A stretch of 64,000 nucleotides of DNA, from positions 4,096,001 to 4,160,000 of the forward strand of contig JBKAGP010000001.1 in NCBI GenBank assembly GCA_046290465.1, in the 5' to 3' direction. The notes beneath the pieces were generated by a model that searched no databases, was not told where the DNA came from, and saw only the letters and a list, made by a program, of their open reading frames with translations. Positions 17,224 to 25,725 of the stretch are shown here, one piece after another. The stretch's first letter is position 1. Each line of letters begins with the position of its first letter. The DNA is from Planctomycetota bacterium (GTDB taxonomy: Bacteria > Planctomycetota > UBA1135 > UBA2386). Made by a program: the position numbers and the translations under genes.

Positions 17224-19043
17224 TCGTTCCCCCTCTCGAACCACGAGGCCTCGGGCGCACCCGAGGCGCGCTTGCCCGCCGACCAGCCGGTCTCGAGTTC
17301 GCCGTCGGCGACCACGCGCAGCTTGTGGCCGAGCACGTAGTGCGCGACGCGCTTGCGACGCAGCGGGTCGCGGAACACGAACCCCGCCGGCGTGCCGTCC
17401 AGCAGGAACCACGCCTCGCACTCGCCGTCGCCCGGCAGTTCGAAGCGATAGCCTGCCTTGCCGTGCACGTGCACGCCACCGAGCAGCAGCGCGTCCTCCA
17501 GCCGTTCGGCCACGGCGGCGCGCGGCCATAGCAGCGGGTTGCCGACCAGTTCGCGGCGCAGCCGTTCGCGTTCGCCGACGGTCAGGTCACGGGTCTCGCC
17601 GTCGACCCGCGCAAAGCCGCTGTCGGGGCCGGTGCGCACGTAGACGTCGTCGCCGATCTCGAGGCGCAGCTGGTCGCCGAAGGCGACGGCGCGGATCCTG
17701 GTGCCGTCGGGACCGCGCCGCGTCCACTGCACCGCGACCTCCTCGCCGCCACCGTCGCTGCCATCCTCGCTGCCATCCTCGCTGGACGGCCAGCGCGCGA
17801 CGATCTGGTCCTTCGCGATGCGACGATCGATGCGGCTACCGAGGCGCGCGTCGTCGCCGGTGCCGTCGCGGCTCGAACCGGTGTCGAGCATGGTCAACTT
17901 GACGGTGACCTCGCGCTCGTCGCCGAACCCGCCGGACTCGAGCGCCGGGCGGTGGCGCAGCGTCACCCAGGCCCCGGCCGGCAGCACGCCGACCATCGTC
18001 GCCAGCTGGTTGGCCGAACGCACCTCGATGCCGTTGAACTGCGTGATCTCGTCGCCGAGACCGATGCCGGCGGCCGCCGTCACCGAGTCCTTGAACATCT
18101 GCTGCACGAACACACCACGCCGGTGCTCCTTGCCCTCGCGCGAGGTCATGAACCAGGCGCTCATGTCGAGGGTGCCGTGCTCGGCGTGACGACCAGAGAC
18201 CAGGTCCCCGAGGAAGTTGTTGATCTGGTTCGACGCGATCGCAAAGCCGACCCCGACGTTGACGCGGCCGCGGTCGCCGATCGAGATGCGGCCGTTGATG
18301 CCGATGACCTGGCCCTGCTCGTTGAACAGCGGCCCGCCGGAGTTGCCCGGGTTGACCGGCGCGTCGACCTGGATGCAGTCCGGGTAGACGAGCATGCGGT
18401 TGCCCTGGCCTTCCTGGTAGCGGTGCGTGCCCGAGACGATCCCGAACGTCACCGTCGGCGTGAAGTCCGTCGCCAGCAAGAACGGGTTGCCCATCGCGAA
18501 CACGGTCTCGCCGACCAGCACCGCGTCGCTGTCGCCGAGTTCGCAGTAGGGCCAGGTCTGGCCCTCCTCCTTGGGCAGCAGGCGGACGACGGCGAGGTCG
18601 CTGCCGGGATCGATGCCCAGCACCACGCCTTCGTAGAGGCGGCCGTCGGGCAGCCCGATCTTCTTGTTCTTGTAGTGCGCCTTGCCGCTCGGCTGGTGCT
18701 CGCGCTGCCAGCGCTCCTTCCACTTCGCGACGAACTCCGCCTCCTCGTCACTGCCGCCGGGCGTCTTGCTGCGCCACTCCTCGAGCACCTCTGCCGGCGG
18801 CTCCGGCGGCTCGGGCAGCTTGTAGTCCTTGTCCGGCTGGCCGACGACGTGGTAGTTGGTCAGCAGGAAGCCGGCGGGGTCGATGATCACGCCGCTGCCG
18901 CCGCCGGGCGAGTCCATCGACATGACCGAGCAGACGGCCTGGGCGCAGCGGTCGATCACGGCGACGCGGCGAGCCTCGCTCGCGACCACGGCGTCGATCG
19001 GGTCCTGCATCGCGCAGGATGCGAGTACGGCGAGCAACATCAT
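17220..19043 (-). CDS. HtrA/DegP-like serine protease + PDZ + C-terminal extension; possible lipoprotein
   Basis: Intact triad TNYHVV, SDLAVV, NPGNSGG; LASC near the N-terminus. Confidence 0.9.
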   Translation of the reverse strand: MMLLAVLASCAMQDPIDAVVASEARRVAVIDRCAQAVCSVMSMDSPGGGSGVIIDPAGFLLTNYHVVGQPDKDYKLPEPPEPPAEVLEEWRSKTPGGSDEEAEFVAKWKERWQREHQPSGKAHYKNKKIGLPDGRLYEGVVLGIDPGSDLAVVRLLPKEEGQTWPYCELGDSDAVLVGETVFAMGNPFLLATDFTPTVTFGIVSGTHRYQEGQGNRMLVYPDCIQVDAPVNPGNSGGPLFNEQGQVIGINGRISIGDRGRVNVGVGFAIASNQINNFLGDLVSGRHAEHGTLDMSAWFMTSREGKEHRRGVFVQQMFKDSVTAAAGIGLGDEITQFNGIEVRSANQLATMVGVLPAGAWVTLRHRPALESGGFGDEREVTVKLTMLDTGSSRDGTGDDARLGSRIDRRIAKDQIVARWPSSEDGSEDGSDGGGEEVAVQWTRRGPDGTRIRAVAFGDQLRLEIGDDVYVRTGPDSGFARVDGETRDLTVGERERLRRELVGNPLLWPRAAVAERLEDALLLGGVHVHGKAGYRFELPGDGECEAWFLLDGTPAGFVFRDPLRRKRVAHYVLGHKLRVVADGELETGWSAGKRASGAPEASWFERGNE

Positions 19044-19095
19044 GTCTTTGGTCGGGGCAGCGGGGGGCCCCTGTGGGTAGGTCTACTTCTGCAAG

Positions 19096-20313
19096 CTACC
19101 TCTGCACGACGCGGGCGTTCGCGAACGCGCAGAAGTCGCCGAGGTCGTAGTTCTTGCCGAAGTCGACCTCGATGGTGAGGGTCTTGGCCTTGTCGAGCGC
19201 GACGCGCAGCGCTTCGGGCTTCTGTTCGCGAAGCATCGGCTCGGACTCGAACACCTGCTTGCCGTCGACGTGCACGCGGAAGATCGCGTGCGCCGCCGGC
19301 CCGCCGCGGTCGTCGATGCCGATCATCGCCTCGAACACGTCGAAGCGGCCGTCGAGCGCGTAGGTCAGCCGCGTGTGCGGCACCAGGCCGATCCCACGTT
19401 CGAACTTCTGGCCGGCGAGCTCGAAGCCGGGGCCGGCGACCGAGCGGTTGTTGTGCCAGGGCCAGGTACGGTCGAAGGCCGGCGTCTGCTCGACCTTCGG
19501 CTGCAGGTCGGCGAGCCAGACGAGCTTGTCGCTCGACACCTCGAGCTTGTGCAGGCGGCTGATCGGCACGTCGAGCACGCAGCCTTCGTCCAGGCGACAG
19601 CGCACGCGGTCGGTCATGCTCAGCAGCTTGCCCTCGATGCGCTCGCCGGTCGTCAAGGCGACGACCGTGCGCGGGCGCGGCTGGCGGTTCGGTGCAAAGC
19701 CGGTGTTGGTCCCGAAGACGATCCCGGCGAGGCCGTCGAGCTCGAACTCGTACTCGTCCCCGCGCAGCAGGAAGTCGATCGCCTTCTCGCGCATCGCCGT
19801 CACCGTCACCTGCGAGCGCTGGGCCTGCCCGTCGCGCACGACGTAGATCAGGTCCTCGTTGGCGGGCGGCTCGGCCAGGTCCTGGTTGAACAGGGTCGGC
19901 TGCGGGCGCATCAGGCCGCCGTGACGCACCGCGCGCACGGTGCTGATCGGCAGCTCGAGCTTGGCGGCGCACGGCAGCTGGACGATCACCATCGACGGCT
20001 TGCCGTCGCCACCGGCGCGGCCGCTCAGCCGCTTGGCCGGCAGTTCGGTGCCGGAGCGCAGCCAGACGCGGTGTTCGACGCGAACGTTGCGGGCGCTGGC
20101 GCCCTCCCGTTCGAACGTCACCAGCTCGGCGACGTCGATGACGGTCTCGCCATCGTCACCGCGAACGGTCACCTTGCCGTCCTCGGCGACCGTGACCGCG
20201 CCGGTCAGCGCACGACCGTCGATCGTGCGGACCGTGCCGGTTGCCTGTGCGGGCGCCGCTGCGCAGAGCAGCGCGCCGCACGCGGCGAGAAGTACCGTCG
20301 GAAAGGCGTTCAC
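19096..20313 (-). CDS. Secreted NPCBM/NEW2 domain protein
   Basis: Signal peptide; C-terminal FERGIG...LTYAL...FEAMIGIDD...VDFG...FANAR. Confidence 0.82.
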   Translation of the reverse strand: MNAFPTVLLAACGALLCAAAPAQATGTVRTIDGRALTGAVTVAEDGKVTVRGDDGETVIDVAELVTFEREGASARNVRVEHRVWLRSGTELPAKRLSGRAGGDGKPSMVIVQLPCAAKLELPISTVRAVRHGGLMRPQPTLFNQDLAEPPANEDLIYVVRDGQAQRSQVTVTAMREKAIDFLLRGDEYEFELDGLAGIVFGTNTGFAPNRQPRPRTVVALTTGERIEGKLLSMTDRVRCRLDEGCVLDVPISRLHKLEVSSDKLVWLADLQPKVEQTPAFDRTWPWHNNRSVAGPGFELAGQKFERGIGLVPHTRLTYALDGRFDVFEAMIGIDDRGGPAAHAIFRVHVDGKQVFESEPMLREQKPEALRVALDKAKTLTIEVDFGKNYDLGDFCAFANARVVQR

Positions 20314-21362
20314 TTGCGGTCGGCCTTACCGAGCTTCTTGTAGTACTCCTCGAGCATCTTCTGGTACTGCGGCGGCATCGTGTTCTGCACGTCCGCCATG
20401 ATCTTCTTGCGCTCGCTGTCGCGCATGTCGCCCCAGCGGTCGGCCAGCGACGGGCGCTTCTTCAGATCGCCGACGTTGCCTTCGCCGCCCGGCAGCGCGC
20501 TGTTGGCGGCCGGGTTGCTCGACGGACCGTTGCCCGAAGGCGCGCCCGAGGACTGGTTCTCCATCTCTTCGAACATCTCGATGAGCTCCTCGAGCTCCTC
20601 GATGTAGGTCTCCTGGTCGAGCTGCAGGGGCTTGTCGGTCTTGTTCTTGCCGAGGTCGCGCTCGGTCTTCTTCATGCCGTCCGCGAGCATGTGCAGGCGG
20701 CTCTCGCGCTGGCGCTCGAGCTCGAGCAGACGCTGGTGGGCGGCCGAACGCAGGCGTTCGCTGGCGTTGGGGAACCAGGCCAGGAAGGCGCGGAAGCGCG
20801 GGATCGCGGCGTCGATCATCGGGATCTCCGCCAGCGACTGCGCATAGAAGTAGGCCGCCTCGCCGTCGAGCGGCGTGCAGTTGAGGTTGTGCGTCAGGTA
20901 CTCGTTGAGCACCTCGATCGCGCGCTCCGGGTCGTTGCTGTCGAGGAACAGCCGCGCCAGGTGGTAGCGCACGTGCGCCTGCAGGACCGGCGACTTGGTG
21001 TTCACCAGCACCTGCGTGAGCAGCAACGCGGCCTTCGGGTCGCGGTCGTAGGCCGCGGTGACTGCTTCGTCGAGCTTCGGGAACACCTTGCGCATCAGGT
21101 CGTCGGCGGCGCGCGCGGCGCCGATCTCCTCGACCTCCTCCGCGAACGTCTTGACCTGCAGCTCGGTACCGCCCAGCTCGCGCGCGGCCTTCTCGAACCG
21201 GGCCTGATCGAAGGGCAGGAACGGGTTCTGCACCTGGATCGGCGGGACCGCCGGGAGGTGGGCCTCCGGACGGATGCCCTCGCCTGGCAGCTCGATCTGG
21301 GCGCGCACGCCGGCGGCGAGCGCACCCAGCGCGAGCAGCGCGAGGATGGACGGTGACTTCAT
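20310..21362 (-). CDS. Secreted TPR-like helical protein with Gly/Ser-rich linker and conserved-looking C-tail
   Basis: Signal peptide; YHLARLF and YFYAQSL TPR-like segments; tail WGDMRDSERKK...PPQYQKMLEEYYKKL. Confidence 0.7.
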   Translation of the reverse strand: MKSPSILALLALGALAAGVRAQIELPGEGIRPEAHLPAVPPIQVQNPFLPFDQARFEKAARELGGTELQVKTFAEEVEEIGAARAADDLMRKVFPKLDEAVTAAYDRDPKAALLLTQVLVNTKSPVLQAHVRYHLARLFLDSNDPERAIEVLNEYLTHNLNCTPLDGEAAYFYAQSLAEIPMIDAAIPRFRAFLAWFPNASERLRSAAHQRLLELERQRESRLHMLADGMKKTERDLGKNKTDKPLQLDQETYIEELEELIEMFEEMENQSSGAPSGNGPSSNPAANSALPGGEGNVGDLKKRPSLADRWGDMRDSERKKIMADVQNTMPPQYQKMLEEYYKKLGKADRK

Positions 21363-23392
21363 CAGTTGTCTCCTTCGTCTTCCTTGCCGAGCTTCTCGGC
21401 GAGGCGGCGCATGAGTTCCTTCACGCGACCCTGCTTCTTGGACACCTTGTCATAGTCCTCCTGCGTGGGCTTCTCGTCGCCCTTCAGCGCGTCGAGATCC
21501 TTGGTCTTCTTGTTCACGCGTTCTTGGAGGAACTTCAACATCTTGAGCTCTGCCGACACGGGCACGAGCGGCGGTTGCTTACCGCTTCAAGTACCCGTTC
21601 AACCCCCGCCTTCCTTCATCTCGATGGTGCGGCGCAGGGCGTTGATCAGCATCTCGAGGAGGTCCTCGATGTCCTTCTGGGCGCGGTTCATCCGCGGACC
21701 CGTTTCGTGCTTGCGCAGGCCGGCGGCGACATCGTGCAGCTCGTCGCGGAGCTGCTCGACCATCGGCGGGAACACCGCGGTCGTGCCGTCCTCGTCGAGC
21801 AGCTTCAGCGCGTCGATCGTCTCGAGCTCGAGTTCGGCCTCGGCTCCGGCGAGCGACTCGATCTTGCTGGCGAGCGCGGTCGGCAGCTGACCGTCGGCGG
21901 TCAGGATGTTCTGGCGCGAGCCATCGACCGTCTTGGTCATGATGGTCAGCTCACGCTGGCGCGCGAGCATCGCCGTGAAGCGCTCCTCGAGCGCGCGCAG
22001 GACCTCGTCCTGTAGCTGCTGACGCAGCTGCGCGAGGGCCTCTTCGAGCGCCTTCTTGGCGGCCTCGAGGTCTTCCTTGGCGTCCTGCTGCTTCTGCTTG
22101 GCCGGCTTGTACTCCTTGAGTTGACCGGCAGCGGCGCGCTGCTTCGGGACGGCCTGCTGGACCTTGTTCTTGCCCGGCGTCGGCTCGCCCTCGCCGCCTT
22201 CCTCACCCTGCTCCGCCTTCTCCATGTCCTTGGCGAGGGTGTCGGTGGCGTTCTTGGTCTTCTCCTGGTTCTTGGCCATCTGCTCGAACGGCAGCTTGAG
22301 CAGCTCGCGCTTGGCCTCCTCGGCCATCTCGTCGAGCTCCTTCATCGTCTGCTTGAGCGCCTCGATGGCCTGGTCCTGGTCCTTGAGCGACGGCTCGGGC
22401 TTCTTGTCGCCGAGCTGCTCCTGGGCCTTGCCCATCGACTTGGCGGCCTTGCTGGCGCTGCCGCTCGACTTGCCGGACGAAGGCGAACCCTCACTCGGCT
22501 TGGACTCGGACGGCTCGCTCGGCTTGGACTCCGACGGCTTCGACTCCGACGGCTTCGACTCCGAAGGCTTCGCCTCACCGGGCTTGGCTTCCCCGGGCTT
22601 GGCCTCACCGGGCTTCGCCTCGGCAGCCTTCGCCGCCTTGGCCGCCTCGGCGGCGGCCTTCTTGGCCTCGGCGGCCAACGCATCCGCCTTCAGCTCGGCG
22701 TCCTTCTTGTCGAGGTCGCGCAGGTCCTTGGACAACTCGTCGGTCGCGTCCTTGAGCTCACCCTCCTTCTTCTCGAGCGGCTCGGTCGCACCGGCGGCCG
22801 CATCGAGCGGGAGTTGGTTGGTCTCGTCGCGCAGGGCCTGCTGCTGGTTGAGCAGGTCCTCGGCGCGCTGACGCTGGGCCTCGATGTTCTTCAGGTGCTT
22901 CTCGAGGGCCTCGGCGCGCGCCGAGTCCTCCTTCTCCTGCTGCTGCTCCTTGGCCAGCTCGTCGACCCGGTTCTTGAAGCCCTCGAGCTGCTCGATGCGC
23001 TCGAGCAGCTTGCGCAGGTCCCCGTTGCGATTCTGCAGCAGTTCGAGCAGCGAGCGGAGGTCCTCACGAAGCTTGCCCATCAGCACCAGCGACTCGTCCC
23101 AACGCTCCTGCTTGAGCAGGGTGCCGGCCTTGTCGAGGCGCGAGTGGAGCTTCTTCTCCTGTACGAAGCGAAGGCCTGCGCCGAGCAGCTTGCTCTCCTC
23201 CGGCTCGTCCTTCTGCAGGACGACCATCAGCTTCTGCATGCGGTCGGTCAGGTCCTTGAACTTGCCCTCGGCAAGCTCCTGCTTGCTCTGGGCTGCGGCC
23301 GGCGGGTCCTGCTGCGCCTGCAGCGTCGACGCCATCGGCGTCATCGCTAGCAGCAGCAAGGCCGCCAACACGGCGATACCTCGTGAAATCAT
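21362..23392 (-). CDS. Exported coiled-coil (DUF4175-like) protein with two in-frame UGA codons; candidate UxxxU selenoprotein of about 676 aa
   Basis: Track ORFs 21599..23398 and 21362..21565 share a frame: GGC GGG GGT TGA ACG GGT ACT TGA AGC GGT AAG CAA CCG CCG CTC GTG CCC GTG TCG GCA GAG CTC AAG ATG; UGAs at 21601-21599 and 21589-21587. Confidence 0.72.
21547..21598 (-). promoter_or_regulatory. Putative bacterial SECIS-like hairpins 3' of the two UGA codons
   Basis: Hairpin 1: ACGGGUAC/GUGCCCGU plus GCGGU-AAGCA-ACCGC. Hairpin 2: GCUC(G)UGCC-CGUGUC-GGCAGAGC. Confidence 0.5.
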
Positions 23393-23478
23393 GGGCACCT
23401 CAAAGGGTTGGCCCCGCTGGTGGGGCGTACGGGGCTTGGATGGGGTCTCGGACGAATGTCTCTTCGGCGTGGCTCCGA

Positions 23479-25725
23479 CTACTTCTTCTTCTTCTTGAAG
23501 AGGTTGTCCTCGCGATCCTTGATCCGGCGTTTGACGTCCTGGATCGCGTCACTCTCCAGGTTAATCACATTCCTGAGTTCTTCGAGTAGGGCAGCCAGGG
23601 TCTCGGCCTGCTCCATCGCCTTGATGATCTCGGCGAGACGGCGGCTGATATCCCGATAACCCTCTACGGCTTCCTTCCTTACGGCTTCATCACTGGAGCG
23701 GACGAAGTCGTTGACCAACCTTGCGGTGGCAGGGAAAGCCTCCTTGGCCAGCTGCTCGAGCGGCGCCGTGATCACGGCCTCGATCTGCCGGACCTTGTTC
23801 TCCTCGATCAGGCGGTTGTTCTCGAGCTCCCACAGGATGCGCTGGTAGGCCTCGCCGACGAAGCGCACGCGGCGGCCCAGCGCCTGCTGGCGGCGGGCGA
23901 ACACGCGGAACTTCGCGGTCGCCTCCTTCTGCCGGTCGCCGGCTTCCTTGGGATTGACGGTCTCGGACAGCTCGATCGTCGACGAGGCCTCCTGGTCCGC
24001 GATCTGCTGCAGCTCGTTGCGCTGCTCGACCTGTCGGCGGCGCAGCTCCTCGATCAGCTGGTCGCGCGGCACGATGCGGAACGTCATCGTCTCGCCGTAG
24101 CCCTCGTGCGGATCGCCGGGCCCGAAGTTGTCCTTCGCCGAGTAGCGCACCGAGAACAGCATGCCCGGCCGGATCGGGTTCTCCGGCGAGTTCTGGTCGC
24201 GCACCTTGTTCCAGGTGAGCAGGTCGACGCTGGCCTCCGCCTCGTAGCGCAGCGCGCTGCGCTCGAGCTGCACGTCGTAGATCGCCTTGGCGTCGGTCCA
24301 CGGCATCTCCGGCAGCGGCGTGCTGTTCTCGCCGCGACCCGGCGCCTGGTCCTCCTGGTAGCGCATCGACGCCATCACCTCGCGCAGACCGAAGTCGTCG
24401 CGCACGCGCAGCGCACCGGGGATGCGCGCCTCGTAGGTGATCGACGAGCCGATGCCGCGCAGACGGAAGTCGACGGTCGGCGACTTGTCCTCGCCGACGC
24501 GCAGCAGCAGCTTGGGCGGCGTACCGGCGCCGAGGCTGTCGTGGTCGATGACGTCGACGATCATCAGGCCCGACTCCTTGGGACGGAACTCGCCGGCGAA
24601 CGTCTGCTGGTCGTCGGCGACGGTCAGCGGGACCTTCTTGTCGTTGCCGAACAGCAGGAACGCCTGCTGCAGCGGCTTGCGGCTCTTGCCCGACACGCTC
24701 AGCATCGCGCCCGACGGCAGCCGCAGCTCGCCCTCGGTCGGCGGCACGTCGAACGGCTCGCGCTCCATGTATTCGGGCAGCGTGACGCGGATGGCGAGGT
24801 CGCCGACGGTCGGCCGCTCGACGATGCGCACCTTCAGCGTCGCCGGCAGCGAGTCGCCGCCCTGCACGCTGAGGTCGAGGTCGCTGACGACCGAGTCGAT
24901 GGTCCAGGTGAACTCGTCGTCGCCGGTCAGGCTCATCGGCTCGGTGCCGACGTCGCCGCCGACGAACTCGTAGTCGACGAACAGCTGGTCCGGCACCGGA
25001 CCGTCGACCTGCACGCGCACGGTCAGCGCGTCCCCCTGCGGCAGCCGCACCTCGCCCTCGCCGTCGACGAACGTCAAGGTCGTGTAGCGCGGCCAGTCGG
25101 TGTTGCTGAGGAACACGTTGCGCGCCGCCCAGATGCCGAGCGACTGGTGGTCGATGCCGGCCCAGGTGCCGAAGAACGCCAGCATCGCGAAGATGCCGAG
25201 GGCGAACTTGCGCACGCGCGCGGCGTCGATCGCCTGCGCGAACGGCACCGCCTGCAGGCGGTCCCGCAGGTTCTGCACGACCGCGGACTTCATCTCGCGC
25301 GACTCGATCGAGCGCGACTCGCGGGCGAGGTCCTGGTCGAACTGCAGCGAACTGATCAGCTGCTGGTCGAGCTGCGGGCACCTTCGTTCGATCGCCAGGG
25401 CGATCTCCTCGTCGCTCAGCTGCACGCGGATCGGTTGCAGCAGACGCCTCAGCACGATGCGCACGACGACGACCGCGAAGCTGCCCAGCAGCACCGCGCG
25501 GAACGCCCACTCGAGCCGCAGGAAGCGGTCGGTCAACAGCGTCGGCAGCGCGTACGCGATCAGCAGCAGCGCGATGACGCCGATGGTCTCGATGTAGAGG
25601 CCCTTGCGGACGCGGCTCTTCTGCTGCTGCAGACGTTCGCGCGCGGCCTGCAGCTCTTGCCCCAGCGTCGGCTGGCTCGGCTGCGGCGCAGGCGCCGGCT
25701 GCTCGGGGATGGTCGAGGTGCTCAT
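23479..25725 (-). CDS. DUF4175-like membrane protein (N-terminal TMs, Ig-like middle, coiled-coil C-terminus)
   Basis: Three TMs; ALAIERRCPQLDQQLISSLQF; WPRYTTL; RDDFGL; ATGA coupling. Confidence 0.75.
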   Translation of the reverse strand: MSTSTIPEQPAPAPQPSQPTLGQELQAARERLQQQKSRVRKGLYIETIGVIALLLIAYALPTLLTDRFLRLEWAFRAVLLGSFAVVVVRIVLRRLLQPIRVQLSDEEIALAIERRCPQLDQQLISSLQFDQDLARESRSIESREMKSAVVQNLRDRLQAVPFAQAIDAARVRKFALGIFAMLAFFGTWAGIDHQSLGIWAARNVFLSNTDWPRYTTLTFVDGEGEVRLPQGDALTVRVQVDGPVPDQLFVDYEFVGGDVGTEPMSLTGDDEFTWTIDSVVSDLDLSVQGGDSLPATLKVRIVERPTVGDLAIRVTLPEYMEREPFDVPPTEGELRLPSGAMLSVSGKSRKPLQQAFLLFGNDKKVPLTVADDQQTFAGEFRPKESGLMIVDVIDHDSLGAGTPPKLLLRVGEDKSPTVDFRLRGIGSSITYEARIPGALRVRDDFGLREVMASMRYQEDQAPGRGENSTPLPEMPWTDAKAIYDVQLERSALRYEAEASVDLLTWNKVRDQNSPENPIRPGMLFSVRYSAKDNFGPGDPHEGYGETMTFRIVPRDQLIEELRRRQVEQRNELQQIADQEASSTIELSETVNPKEAGDRQKEATAKFRVFARRQQALGRRVRFVGEAYQRILWELENNRLIEENKVRQIEAVITAPLEQLAKEAFPATARLVNDFVRSSDEAVRKEAVEGYRDISRRLAEIIKAMEQAETLAALLEELRNVINLESDAIQDVKRRIKDREDNLFKKKKK

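Noticed and set aside
21565..21601. Frameshift or simple pseudogene between the two coiled-coil ORFs
   Set aside because: The gap is exactly 11 codons in frame, both stops are UGA, and coupling to the next gene is intact. A pseudogene is not excluded but is less likely.
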